Source: an uncultured Candidatus Saccharibacteria bacterium
GTDB taxonomy: Bacteria; Patescibacteriota; Andersenbacteria; UBA10190
Direction of reading: 5' to 3'
Length of the DNA: 64,000 nucleotides
Assembly: GCA_964359735.1 (NCBI GenBank)
Contig: CAYHTZ010000005.1
Span: forward strand, 3,882 to 67,881
In this document: positions 45,931 to 55,801 of the stretch, piece after piece
Numbering within the stretch: the stretch's first letter is position 1
Layout of the letters: every line of letters starts with the position of its first letter
Program-made: the position numbers and the translations under genes
The notes under the pieces: generated by a model
The model's database searches: none
Told to the model about the DNA's origin: nothing
Seen by the model: the letters and a program-made list of their open reading frames with translations, nothing else

Positions 45931-46869
45931 ATGCAAGGTCTTGTAAATGAAATTCGGGAAATGCCGGCTCGCGCTGAAGAATGTTACCGGCAGAATCATA
46001 CTCTTACTTTACCCACTGCAGTTCCCTACCTGGGCATGGGATCCTCATATTTTGCACCTCTGACTCTCTCCTTTTGTGGCAAGAAAATGTTCCCTCAGCT
46101 TGCCTCGGAATACTACTACTACCTTTCCTCTGTGCAAAAACCACTCGGAGTACTCATTTCGCAATCTGGTGAAAGTTCTGAGACCATTTGGAATCTAGAG
46201 AAATTTAAGAGAGTAGTCACGATTGTAAATGAAAAGAATTCTGCATTAGGCCAGGCGCGTAATGCAGAGCAAGTAATTGAAATTTTGGCTGGCCCGGAAC
46301 AATTTTACTCCTCCACCAAAACATATCTCAACACTTTAGTGACATTATACTGCGGGCTCAAACTTGATCCTGGGTCTGCCCTGAAGGTTCTTTCTCGAGA
46401 GTTCCAAAATCTAGAATCTGCTGGCAAGCAGGCTGCAAGCGAAGTCCATCACTATCTAACTCGCCATCAAATTCGGGGAGTATGTATGATCGGTAGCGGA
46501 CCCAACTTGGCAACCGCAAGAGAAGGCGCCCTCATTTTGAGTGAAACTACGAAATGGGCCTGGGGAGGGATGTCAGTGGCAGAGTATGATCATGGCCCAA
46601 AGGAAACAGCCAATCAAACTATTGTTATTACCTTAAATGGCAAGGGAAAGGATCAGAGTCGAATCGAGGCCTTAAAGCAAACTCTTGCGGCAAAGAGCGA
46701 CGCGCTGATGGTGGAGCTTGTTGAAACCGAATTGCCCGAAGAATTAACTCCGTTAACTCTTTTCACACAAGTTTGTTTCTTGATGAATTATCTAGCTGAT
46801 GCTCTCAATGTCAACGGAAGTTTCACAATAGGTGACAAGATCACCAGAGTTCCAGATTCAGCTAAGTAG
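45931..46869 (+). CDS. Double-SIS sugar isomerase/deaminase (GlmS C-terminal, GlmD or FrlB-like)
   Basis: EIREMP, GMGSS, ISQSGESSET, STKTY, EGALILSE and EYDHGPKE. Confidence 0.85.
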   Translation: MQGLVNEIREMPARAEECYRQNHTLTLPTAVPYLGMGSSYFAPLTLSFCGKKMFPQLASEYYYYLSSVQKPLGVLISQSGESSETIWNLEKFKRVVTIVNEKNSALGQARNAEQVIEILAGPEQFYSSTKTYLNTLVTLYCGLKLDPGSALKVLSREFQNLESAGKQAASEVHHYLTRHQIRGVCMIGSGPNLATAREGALILSETTKWAWGGMSVAEYDHGPKETANQTIVITLNGKGKDQSRIEALKQTLAAKSDALMVELVETELPEELTPLTLFTQVCFLMNYLADALNVNGSFTIGDKITRVPDSAK

Positions 46870-46883
46870 TCTTCCTGGCCAGT

Positions 46884-48509
46884 TTAACGGCTAATCAGAG
46901 TCTCAAAGAGAACTTTACCACCTTCTTTACGCAGGCGCACGAGCTTAGCGGTGGAAGTGGGTACGGCATCTGTCTGGTCGAAGATGAAGTTTCCCAGGCC
47001 GGTGAAAATAGGGCGGTTTTTGTAGATGAACATGTCCCCCATCACATGGCTGTGGCTTACAAGCACAGCATCCGCGCCGGCATCAATAAAACTCTGGTAA
47101 AACTCTTTCTCTTCTTTTGAAGTCAAAGTTTGGTACTCTACCCCCGCGTGGATATAGGCAATTCTTAGGAGGTTAGGATCAGCATTCCTAAGGTCTTCAA
47201 TGGCTCTCTCGTACTCTTCTCGCAAGTTTACTGCCGCTTGCTGTGGTACCGGGTTTGTGACACGCGTCAGCGCCACAATGAAGTACTTTGAGTCCTGGTA
47301 TGGCGACGTACTAATTGCTCCCTCTCCGGCTTCTTCGATAAGCGCCTTCGTTTCCGCATACCCTGCCTTTCCCTTATCCAACATGTGGTTGTTTTGCACG
47401 CCCCAATGAGTGGCGAAGTCCCGAATGTCTGACCATAAGTCTTGGGGGTTACAGAATATGAATGGGTTAGGCGCACTCATACAACTTGGCGATAATGGCC
47501 CCTCCAGGTTCACTACGCGTAGCCCCTCCCCCGCCCAGAACTTTTGAATATCGCCCGACAAAACCGGTACTTGCTTCGTCCGAGTTAACGTCACATCCCC
47601 CGCAAGCGCAATATCCTCTGGACCCAGCGCTTCGTTCGCGTAAAAAACTAACGCAAAGTGGCTCGTGGTCTCTGGAACAGTCGTGTCATTCAAAAGACGA
47701 GCCGAGTTCGTGTGGAGAAGTACCGAAGGATTATAGAAGTCTTGCGCCTCTGCCAGCGATGCCAAGAGCCACAGGCACCGGGGACAATCGCTTTGGGCAG
47801 GATTATCCAGGGCTTTCAAGCCGTCCAGATCTTTCGCAAAAATTGTTTGAGCTGTTTCCTCATCTTTTTTATCTGCCTCGCTGATGGTGAGGTAGTGGGA
47901 AAAGTCGCTGCTTATGACGAGGTCCGTCTCGTCATCCAAAGCTTCTGCAAAAAGCTTCAAGATTGCTTCCTCATCGGCACTCTCCCACGGGTGTTTCTGA
48001 GAAAACACGATTGGCACCACGGTCGTTCCCGGCAAATAGTGCGCAATGTATGGGAGTACCGCTCTGATCCCATGCTCCTTTTTAAAAAGGTCGGGCGCGG
48101 CGGTGACGAGCGACGCCGTGCCTAAATTCAGACGCAGTGGCTCGCCCTGTACGTTCCCGAGCAGAGTTTCGAATGTTCCGGAAGTGGTACAAAGAGGCGT
48201 AGGGCAGCCCTCAAAGTGGTCAGGCGAAAGCAGTAAGATCCGCTGCGGGTCATTGGGCACGAGCACCTTAACCCCCGCCGCCATGGCCTCGGTGGACACG
48301 ACGTGGTGTGGTACCACAGCTGCACGTATATGATACGGAGAAGGTTGAGTCGCTTGGTCAGCTGCATAGATGCCCTTCAAGTATTCATGAGGACTCTCGC
48401 CGGCAGGCAGCGAATATACATAGTCGGCCTCTCTTTCTCTCTGGAGCCACACCACCGCTGCGGCAGCTGCCGCTAAGAGGAGCAAGACAGTAACAACAGT
48501 CCGATTCAC
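46884..48509 (-). CDS. Exported MEMO1 (AmmeMemoRadiSam B) domain fused to a CapA/PGA_cap metallophosphoesterase-like domain
   Basis: VPHH, SPDH, KEHGI and SSDFSHY, followed by AGDV, NLEG, NNHMLD.G, HAG.EY, SHSHV and GLGNFIFDQ. Confidence 0.85.
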   Translation of the reverse strand: MNRTVVTVLLLLAAAAAAVVWLQREREADYVYSLPAGESPHEYLKGIYAADQATQPSPYHIRAAVVPHHVVSTEAMAAGVKVLVPNDPQRILLLSPDHFEGCPTPLCTTSGTFETLLGNVQGEPLRLNLGTASLVTAAPDLFKKEHGIRAVLPYIAHYLPGTTVVPIVFSQKHPWESADEEAILKLFAEALDDETDLVISSDFSHYLTISEADKKDEETAQTIFAKDLDGLKALDNPAQSDCPRCLWLLASLAEAQDFYNPSVLLHTNSARLLNDTTVPETTSHFALVFYANEALGPEDIALAGDVTLTRTKQVPVLSGDIQKFWAGEGLRVVNLEGPLSPSCMSAPNPFIFCNPQDLWSDIRDFATHWGVQNNHMLDKGKAGYAETKALIEEAGEGAISTSPYQDSKYFIVALTRVTNPVPQQAAVNLREEYERAIEDLRNADPNLLRIAYIHAGVEYQTLTSKEEKEFYQSFIDAGADAVLVSHSHVMGDMFIYKNRPIFTGLGNFIFDQTDAVPTSTAKLVRLRKEGGKVLFETLISR

Positions 48510-48518
48510 GTCAAATTT

Positions 48519-51068
48519 CTACTTTCCTCGGAGGAGCGATGTATACCAGCTGGGCAGCACAGGCCAGCTACCTTTCGGCGTGTACTGGAAGGCATCATAG
48601 TCATCGCCGCCGACGTAGAAGTTTTTCTGCCACTCCTCATCCGTGAGCCTGGATCCACCGAGAAGCTGTGTGAATTCGTAGTGGGAGTACGTGAACCCTG
48701 TCGTAAGCCGCGCTCCATTGGCATCTTTTACCGCCACAAAGATGACGCGCGGCACACCTGTGCCCTCGTAAAGAATGCGCCGCGGGTTAGCGGAGTCCCC
48801 TCCCGTATGAACGTCCGCCACCAGTGCGGCTCGCTTGTCCTTGGCGGGTAACACGACTCCTTCCACAGGGTCAGGCAGCGACTGCTCCATCAGGTTAACC
48901 ATCTCCCATCTGAGTTTTTCCCACTCGCTTTCCCCTTCAATGCTGTATGATACGCACGTTTTGCTGGGGTCCTCAGGGTCAGGGTCGCGGTGCTCCACGA
49001 CTTGCTCCGTAAGTTGCGAGTTACTCAGTTCCTTACCCGTGTAATCGCGCACCAGCTCTAGCAGCGGAATGTAAGCAGTCCGCATTCTGTCTAGGTTATT
49101 GAGTTCCAGCCCCTGCGCTTCGAGCCCCGCGGCCGTCTTGCGGGCTAAGTAGTACAAGCGATCGTACGCGACAGGCTGAGGTTCGATATAGGCTTTCGGG
49201 GGCTCTGGAACTTTACGGGGGTCGCACTCATCCGGCCCGCCCCCGCCGAGTTCAGCGAAGGATTGTTTGGCGTACAGCAGCGTAGCGTGGCGTAGTTCCG
49301 TCCAAAAGCCTGACGCGGTCATGAGCGTCTTGGCGTCCCAAAGAAGCGATTGCATAAACTGCGGCAGCTTGGTGCGGTTCCCCTGGAACCACTCAAATAG
49401 CCCTTGGATGGTCCAAAGCCCCGTCCCGTGCGCCGTACTTTTCCAGTAGTCTTCATCTAAAGTTTCCATTTCCTGTTTGAGTTCAGTTAAAGCTTGGGTG
49501 ATCGCTTGTGAGTTATTGGGCGAGTAGAAATCGAGGGTAGGAATCTGGCTTTCGGCGTACTTCGAGCCTAAAAGAGACATAACCTGCAATGATGACGCCA
49601 TCGGCGGCAACTTTTGCGTGTACCCGGGGCGTGGGGCCTCATCGCCTTGGGTCAGGCGCCCAGTCCAGTAAGAATCAACAATGAACTTCCCGCTAAAGAA
49701 ACGCATCCCTTTTGTGGCTGCCACAGCGTCCTCTGTTTGTACCTCTCCTACGGTGGGGTACGCGGCGGCCAAGTTCTTGATCTTGGGCTCTTTCGCGGAC
49801 ATGAGATACTCTATCGCGGCGCCTCTTTCCCCTCGGCCCACTCTCTGCGCTTCTTGGTAATCGTTCGGAGTTAAATCATCACTCTCCCCTACCAAAAATG
49901 AGATAGTCGCATCCAGGCGGTCATACGCTTGCTTGTCTTCCGGGAAGACCGTGAACAGGTCGCTGATAGCAAAGGCATAATCGGACAGCGCCTCGCTTTT
50001 CACAAAGAATGGCAACTGGTTAAACCACATCATGCCGCGGAAGTACTGCCGGCGCAGGGAGCTGCTCGTGTAATGGCTGCGCGGGGTGAATTGGGTGAAG
50101 TCCACGCTGTATTCTATCCCGGCATCCTGCGCGTACTGGGTGTATTCGTCCTTGAAAACAGCCGGCATATCCGGCCCCTCGGTTGCATAAATTTTCTGCA
50201 AGTCCGCTAAAATGGCCGCCTCGCTGGCACTGCTTAGTTTTAGCTCTTTCACAAATTCGGCTACGTTACTATACGTATCTATCTCCGCATCTTGCTTGGC
50301 ATGTTCGCCTGCCAGCTGGTTTGGGTCAGCGAGCGCTCCGGCTTCATCAAAGTAGTCATCGCTGGTAAGAGGTTGAGCCACCGTGGAGAAAATAGCGTAG
50401 GGGACGGCGAAATAGTCTCGTACCTTTGTCCAAACGATTTTTTTCTCTGCTTCCTGTTCTGCCGCAGCTCGTTTTTCTGCTTCCCAATAAAATTTCTCAC
50501 TCAGCGCTTTGATAGCTGGGTAAAACACTTCGTTCTCCGCTTCTTTCAAAAGTTCGGTTAAGAGAATGGTGTAATGGTTCAAGAATACGTCCGCCGAGAA
50601 GAATATAGCATTCTCCGCTTTGCGTTCTTTGTAGTCCGCAGGGCCGCGGATAGCGTTATAGAGATCCGTAAATTCGCGGTTTTTATCTGCCAGTACTGGT
50701 TGTTTGGGGCGAATGGAGGTGTCGAGAAGATTCTTCACCACAAATTTGTGCTGGGCGAGCAAGCTCCTCTCCTCCGGTGTAAAGGTAAACCCATACGCGC
50801 TTTCAACTGCGGCCAGGTTCCCCACTTCCTCCAGCAGAAAATCTTGGGGAAGATCCGGATGCAAAGATACCTTGAGCTCGTCAAACTCCACTGAGGCAAC
50901 CTGCTTTTCCGCCCGTTCCTTTTGCGAGGGTAAACCGTATTTGGTGAGGCCCAAACGTTCAAACCACCCTTGCCGTGCGCCGACCGCAATGACAACCACT
51001 GCGATCAAGACGAATACTGCCCACCATGCTCCTTGGTTACCTTTACCTGCACCTGGTTCAGCTTCCAT
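48519..51068 (-). CDS. DUF3160-family large exported protein
   Basis: DFTQFTPRSHYT, YFRGMMW, WTELRHATLLYAKQS, YIEP, ALVADVHT and RLTDEEWQ. Confidence 0.85.
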   Translation of the reverse strand: MEAEPGAGKGNQGAWWAVFVLIAVVVIAVGARQGWFERLGLTKYGLPSQKERAEKQVASVEFDELKVSLHPDLPQDFLLEEVGNLAAVESAYGFTFTPEERSLLAQHKFVVKNLLDTSIRPKQPVLADKNREFTDLYNAIRGPADYKERKAENAIFFSADVFLNHYTILLTELLKEAENEVFYPAIKALSEKFYWEAEKRAAAEQEAEKKIVWTKVRDYFAVPYAIFSTVAQPLTSDDYFDEAGALADPNQLAGEHAKQDAEIDTYSNVAEFVKELKLSSASEAAILADLQKIYATEGPDMPAVFKDEYTQYAQDAGIEYSVDFTQFTPRSHYTSSSLRRQYFRGMMWFNQLPFFVKSEALSDYAFAISDLFTVFPEDKQAYDRLDATISFLVGESDDLTPNDYQEAQRVGRGERGAAIEYLMSAKEPKIKNLAAAYPTVGEVQTEDAVAATKGMRFFSGKFIVDSYWTGRLTQGDEAPRPGYTQKLPPMASSLQVMSLLGSKYAESQIPTLDFYSPNNSQAITQALTELKQEMETLDEDYWKSTAHGTGLWTIQGLFEWFQGNRTKLPQFMQSLLWDAKTLMTASGFWTELRHATLLYAKQSFAELGGGGPDECDPRKVPEPPKAYIEPQPVAYDRLYYLARKTAAGLEAQGLELNNLDRMRTAYIPLLELVRDYTGKELSNSQLTEQVVEHRDPDPEDPSKTCVSYSIEGESEWEKLRWEMVNLMEQSLPDPVEGVVLPAKDKRAALVADVHTGGDSANPRRILYEGTGVPRVIFVAVKDANGARLTTGFTYSHYEFTQLLGGSRLTDEEWQKNFYVGGDDYDAFQYTPKGSWPVLPSWYTSLLRGK

Positions 51069-51076
51069 TGTTCACA

Positions 51077-52459
51077 CTATACTCCCAGTACCTTTGTAGC
51101 ATCAACCGGGGCCACTGGAGTTGGCCCTTCTGCCACTCCCGCCTTTGGCGGAGTCCCGCTTGAGGCGGCGACTGGGACTTTCATAGCGGCCAGCGCGTCG
51201 CCAACCATGTAGAGCGAACCCGTGACCAGCATCATCTCGCCCTCATGAAGAACCGAGCCGGCTTCTGCCAGCGCCTGCTGTATATTGGGAACAGCCCGTA
51301 CCTTAGCGTGGCGGGTAGCAATAAGCTTCGCTAAATCATCCGCCGGCCAGGCCTGGTAGTTTCCCTCCGTTACAATTATTTCTTCAAAAAGCGGCACAAT
51401 GAGTTCTTGCACTGGCTTTATGTCCTTGTCTTGTTTGAGGCCCAGCACTAGCACCTTTGGCCGTACTGTTATTCCGTGGCAGTTGGGGATGTCGTCGAGG
51501 AATTCCCGCAAGCTGCGGATGCCGCCTTCGTTGTGCGCCCCATCGATCAGAACCAGCGGGTCGTGCGAAAGCACCATCAGTCGTCCTTCCCAATGCGTCT
51601 CTCGAAAAGCTTGCTGAATGCGGGAAAGTTCGACTTCAAATCCCTGTGCGGCTAGTGAGTGTAGAACACTGAGCGCCGTGCAGGCGTTGGTAATTTGGTG
51701 CTTACCCAGAAGCGGCATCGTGAATTCTGCGTTGTATACTCCCCGGGTGCGGAAAGTTTGCTCTTGCAGCGTGGCGCGGCGAACCCTGGCGCGAATGAGA
51801 TCTTGGACGCGATAAAATGGAGCACCGCACTCCCCGGCTACGTTTCCCAGGTAGCGCACAATTTTAGGATCCGTATCCGCGGTAATGGCCACACTCCCCG
51901 GCTTAAATATGCCTGATTTATGCCTGGCAATTTCATGTTTCGTTTTTCCCAAAATGTGAGTGTGGTCGTAGCCAATGTTGGTAATGACAGACACGAAGGG
52001 GCGGATGACATTCGTCGCGTCTAAATCGCCGCCCATGCCGACTTCAATAACAGCAATGTCGACTTTCTGCCGGGCGAAGTAGAGAAAGGCTATCGCTGTT
52101 GTAAATTCAAAAAAGGTCGGTGCGATTTCCCGCTCTTCCGCTACCAGCTGCACCTCTTCAATCAGGGCGGAGAGATCCTCGTCGCTAATGGGTATGCCAT
52201 CCACTCGAATCCGCTCATTGAAGTGGATCAGGTGAGGGCTGTTGTAGAATCCAACTCGGAAACCGCCCGCTTGGAGTGCGTTCGCCGTCAGGATGGCCGT
52301 ACTTCCCTTCCCGTTTGTGCCACTCACGTGCACGCTTTTGAATTTCTCGTGAGGTCTGTCTAACGCTCGCATAAACTCTTCCATAGCTTCTAGCCCCAGG
52401 CGGATGCCAAACCGCTCTAGGCCGTACATGTATTCCAGCTGCCACGAAAGTTTAGACAT
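51077..52459 (-). CDS. folC: Dihydrofolate synthase/folylpolyglutamate synthase
   Basis: HVSGTNGKGS, SPHL, TFFE, EVGMGG, DGAHN and TGSLYMVG. Confidence 0.96.
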   Translation of the reverse strand: MSKLSWQLEYMYGLERFGIRLGLEAMEEFMRALDRPHEKFKSVHVSGTNGKGSTAILTANALQAGGFRVGFYNSPHLIHFNERIRVDGIPISDEDLSALIEEVQLVAEEREIAPTFFEFTTAIAFLYFARQKVDIAVIEVGMGGDLDATNVIRPFVSVITNIGYDHTHILGKTKHEIARHKSGIFKPGSVAITADTDPKIVRYLGNVAGECGAPFYRVQDLIRARVRRATLQEQTFRTRGVYNAEFTMPLLGKHQITNACTALSVLHSLAAQGFEVELSRIQQAFRETHWEGRLMVLSHDPLVLIDGAHNEGGIRSLREFLDDIPNCHGITVRPKVLVLGLKQDKDIKPVQELIVPLFEEIIVTEGNYQAWPADDLAKLIATRHAKVRAVPNIQQALAEAGSVLHEGEMMLVTGSLYMVGDALAAMKVPVAASSGTPPKAGVAEGPTPVAPVDATKVLGV

Positions 52460-53267
52460 GGCGGATAGCATCTGCGACGGCCAGAGCCTGCCGACACTCT
52501 TTCACGTCGTGTACACGGACGATAGCTGCGCCATTCATTGCTGCCACAGTTACGGCCGCCAGCGTTCCCGCGATTCTCTCATGGGCAGCAGCACCTGTGA
52601 GCTGCCCAATGAACGACTTACGCGATGGTCCCACGAGGATAGGGTATCCCAAAGATTCAAATTCGCGAAGCCGCTGCAAAATTTCCAGGTTGTGCTCGAC
52701 AGTCTTGCCAAACCCGATCCCCGGGTCGATCACAATATCAGATATTCCGGCCGTCTGCGCACTCTTCGCCTGTTCCCCTATCCAGGCTTTAATGTCTTCC
52801 ACTGCGTCGTTGTAGTGCGGGTTCTCTTGCATTGTTTTCGGCTCCCCTTGCATATGCATAATCACAACCGGCACTGCGAGCTCTGCCACCGCCTTCACCA
52901 TCTCAGGATTGCGCAACCCGGTGATGTCATTAACCATACCTGCCCCCGCGGCTACCGCGGCTCGGGCTACTTCTGGCTTGCGTGTATCAATGGAAATGGG
53001 AACAGGAATTGCCGAAGAGAGCTGGTCAATGACGGGCAGGACGCGCTTCAATTCTTCCTCTACCGCCACTGCCTCTGACCCAGGGCGCGAGCTTTCCCCG
53101 CCGATATCAATAATATCGGCTCCATCCGCCACCATTTGTTTCGCATGGGAAAGCGCCGCATCGCTCTCGAGAAATTGTCCCCCGTCTGAAAAAGAATCAG
53201 GCGTCACATTGAGCACCCCCATAACCAACGTGCGCTCCGCGGGGAACGTCAGCCTCCCCACCTTCAT
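52452..53267 (-). CDS. folP: Dihydropteroate synthase
   Basis: GVLNVTPDSFSDGG, GESSRPG, DPGIGFGK, SRKSF and RVHDV. Confidence 0.97.
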   Translation of the reverse strand: MKVGRLTFPAERTLVMGVLNVTPDSFSDGGQFLESDAALSHAKQMVADGADIIDIGGESSRPGSEAVAVEEELKRVLPVIDQLSSAIPVPISIDTRKPEVARAAVAAGAGMVNDITGLRNPEMVKAVAELAVPVVIMHMQGEPKTMQENPHYNDAVEDIKAWIGEQAKSAQTAGISDIVIDPGIGFGKTVEHNLEILQRLREFESLGYPILVGPSRKSFIGQLTGAAAHERIAGTLAAVTVAAMNGAAIVRVHDVKECRQALAVADAIRHV

Positions 53268-53944
53268 GACTGATAGTGTAGATTGTAGACGCCGTCGAGG
53301 AGACCCCAGAGAGACGCCAGAGACTGCTTCAGCGCCCGCCGCGCGGCTTGCTGCTGGCTGGCTGTTTTCGCGTCCTTAGCTAGCAAACGTTTCCAAGTCT
53401 TTTGGTGCTCAATATCCACTTGGCCGTGCACTTCAAAAAATTCCAGCGCCGATTTCTTAGTAACCTTGTAGAATTTCTTAAGTCCCCGCTTTTTCAGTTC
53501 CGCGATGTCAGATATTTGAGCTTCATACGCTAAGACCGCCGCCGCTCCTTGGAGAAAATCAGCCTGGCAAAATTTCTTCATTGTTTGAATAGCCTTACGC
53601 GTTTCGGGAAGCAGCTTGGTACGACTGAGCGCTTGGCGGGAAACGCCGATGCCTTCCGCGAACGCTACCCACATATCTTCATGGGGGTTCTTCTTGTTTT
53701 CTTCTTCGGAGAGATTCTCCAGAATCTCAAGCCGGCGGGCAAGCTCAGGCGTATTTGCATGAATTTGGCTCACCAGGCGCGGGAAGTACGCAACAAAATG
53801 GTAGTATTGCTTAGCGTAATCGCGGAGTGCCGCGCGTGACAGCTTGCCATGATTCCAGAGCTGGTAGAAGGGGTGCTGAGATAAGTGGTGAAGGTCAAGA
53901 TCCTCCTCAAGTAGCTGTATAAACTCCGCGCCACCTTTCTTCAT
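53264..53944 (-). CDS. CADD (CT610)-family heme-oxygenase-like dimetal oxidase, putative pABA synthase
   Basis: HPFY..W..G.L, YAKQYY, ENLSEEE..H, AYE.Q....A..K..GL and FF.VH..VD.EH; directly upstream of folP. Confidence 0.85.
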   Translation of the reverse strand: MKKGGAEFIQLLEEDLDLHHLSQHPFYQLWNHGKLSRAALRDYAKQYYHFVAYFPRLVSQIHANTPELARRLEILENLSEEENKKNPHEDMWVAFAEGIGVSRQALSRTKLLPETRKAIQTMKKFCQADFLQGAAAVLAYEAQISDIAELKKRGLKKFYKVTKKSALEFFEVHGQVDIEHQKTWKRLLAKDAKTASQQQAARRALKQSLASLWGLLDGVYNLHYQS

Positions 53945-54030
53945 ATGGTATGTATCCCACTTAGTATCTGCGAGGACGTGTGCAATTGCAAGCGCCTGGA
54001 GCTTGCCCCATACTGGCATCAGAACCCTCT

Positions 54031-55698
54031 ATGCCCCGCCCCGCCGATTTCTCCCCCTTGTTTGCCCCAGACGAGTATTCAACTGAGGAAAGGCAAAGGC
54101 TCGCTCCCTTTTTCACCAACCTTGACCAGTCGGTGTATGCCCCGCTCATTTTTTCGCCTGAAGTAATTGGCGCCTTGTGCTCGCGCACCAGCCGGGCGGC
54201 AGACGATTTGCGCAAAATTTTCTTGAGCGAATATATTACTCCCTTCCTGGAAGACGGCTCCGAGTACGGGAAGGCTTTGCAAGAATTCATTGAGTTTCTG
54301 CATCGCCACCCCATTGAACAAATTTTTTCTAACCCCCGTGCCCGTTCTTTTTATGCTAAGTGGCTGGCTCAGTACGGTGATGATTCCATCGCACAGATGG
54401 CCGGCATGCACATTGTATTTTCTTCCCTGTCTCTTGTTTCCATCGTGTACCTCGAAAGCCAGCGCATCGGCTTAGCCCCCATTGAAAAATCTACCCGCTA
54501 CGTGAATTACTCTGCCAAAGTGAATCGAAAGTATCGGTATTACGTCGACCCCACCTTGAAGGACTATGGACTTGAGAAAGAGTACCGGGCCGCCGCTGAC
54601 AGTTTATTCGATACGTACACCTCTCTCCTTTCCCCGCTGCAGAATTACTACGTGACTCGCTTCCCGAAAGAGAAACCGGGAGTGGTTGAGAAGAAAGCCT
54701 TTGACACTCTGCGCCGCATTTTACCTTCCTCTACCCTTTCTCAAGTGGCCTTCTTCGGCAACGGGCAAGCCTTTGAGTATTTGGTGGCCCGTACGCTGAA
54801 ACACCCTCTCGGCGAGGTACGCTGGGCCGGTGAGCGAGCATATGAAGAACTCTTCAAAATCGCGCCTTCCTTCCTCCGCCGCGTGAAAGACCCTGAAGGG
54901 GCTGAAGTGGCTGGGCAGTATCAAGAGTATTTAGCAGGACGCGGACAACGCATGGTGCCCTTCGTAGCAAAGACAGGCCGGGGACCCGCGGCGAGTCTAG
55001 TGCGATTATTAGAATACGATCGCCTTGGCGAAGAAAAAGTGATTACGGGTATGCTCTACGCTGTGCCGGGTAACCACGCTTCCTGGAAAGATATTTTCGC
55101 TCGCGTGAAAAAGATGAGCAAAAAACAAAAGCAGCAAGTACTGAGCGCCTACCTCACGGGCCGCGATCAGCGCTGGCAGAAAGTGGGCCGCGCTTTTGAG
55201 AATGCGTACGTGCGGTTCGAAATCACCACCAACATCGGCGCCTTTCGGGATCTCCACCGCCACCGCATGCTCACTGAGCAGTACCAGCTCTTCAGCTGCG
55301 AGCATGGCTATGAAGTCCCGCAAGATGTCACTGATGCCGGCTTTGAAGATGAATACCGCGGCGCAGTCGAGCGTATGGAAGATGTGTATGCCAAGATCGC
55401 GCGCAAAGATGCGTATTTGGCCCAATACGCCACGACGCTCGCCCATCGTATGCGTTTTCAGCAATGGAAGAACTTACGCGAGTGTTTCTGGGAGATGGAG
55501 CTGCGCAGTACCCCGGAAGGCCACCCCGATTACCGCAAAATCGAGCAAGAAAAGTTCAAGCTCTTAGAGAAGGTGTACCCCCTCGTCGCTGAGCACATGC
55601 GCGTGAATATGGGCGACTACGATTTCGCCCGGCGTGGACAAGAAGAGAAAATTCAGGCAAAGTTGAAGGAGTTAGAAAAGATGAATACACGTGTCTAA
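54031..55698 (+). CDS. thyX: FAD-dependent thymidylate synthase, tandem-domain form
   Basis: YGDDSIAQ, EKSTRY, FDTLR.ILP, FRDLHRHR and ELRS..GHPDYR. Confidence 0.88.
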   Translation: MPRPADFSPLFAPDEYSTEERQRLAPFFTNLDQSVYAPLIFSPEVIGALCSRTSRAADDLRKIFLSEYITPFLEDGSEYGKALQEFIEFLHRHPIEQIFSNPRARSFYAKWLAQYGDDSIAQMAGMHIVFSSLSLVSIVYLESQRIGLAPIEKSTRYVNYSAKVNRKYRYYVDPTLKDYGLEKEYRAAADSLFDTYTSLLSPLQNYYVTRFPKEKPGVVEKKAFDTLRRILPSSTLSQVAFFGNGQAFEYLVARTLKHPLGEVRWAGERAYEELFKIAPSFLRRVKDPEGAEVAGQYQEYLAGRGQRMVPFVAKTGRGPAASLVRLLEYDRLGEEKVITGMLYAVPGNHASWKDIFARVKKMSKKQKQQVLSAYLTGRDQRWQKVGRAFENAYVRFEITTNIGAFRDLHRHRMLTEQYQLFSCEHGYEVPQDVTDAGFEDEYRGAVERMEDVYAKIARKDAYLAQYATTLAHRMRFQQWKNLRECFWEMELRSTPEGHPDYRKIEQEKFKLLEKVYPLVAEHMRVNMGDYDFARRGQEEKIQAKLKELEKMNTRV

Positions 55699-55699
55699 T

Positions 55700-55787
55700 A
55701 CCTCATCCGGCCTATGGCCGGCTTCTCCTTGAGAAGGAGAAGCACCTCTCCTTACGAAGGAGAGGTCGACAGAAGGTCGGGTGAGGT
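55700..55787. repeat. Family B four-hairpin repeat, copy B2
   Basis: ACCTCATC/GGTGAGGT closing stem around GGCC-TAT-GGCC, GCTTCTCCTT-GAG-AAGGAGAAGC, ACCTCTCCTT-ACG-AAGGAGAGGT and CGAC..GTCG. Confidence 0.8.
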
Positions 55788-55801
55788 GATAGCCTAGTAG
55801 C

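Noticed and set aside
52404-53379. + strand ORFs of 224 and 156 aa (and similar antisense ORFs over dnaK, VKOR and degP)
   Set aside because: Antisense to well-supported conserved genes.
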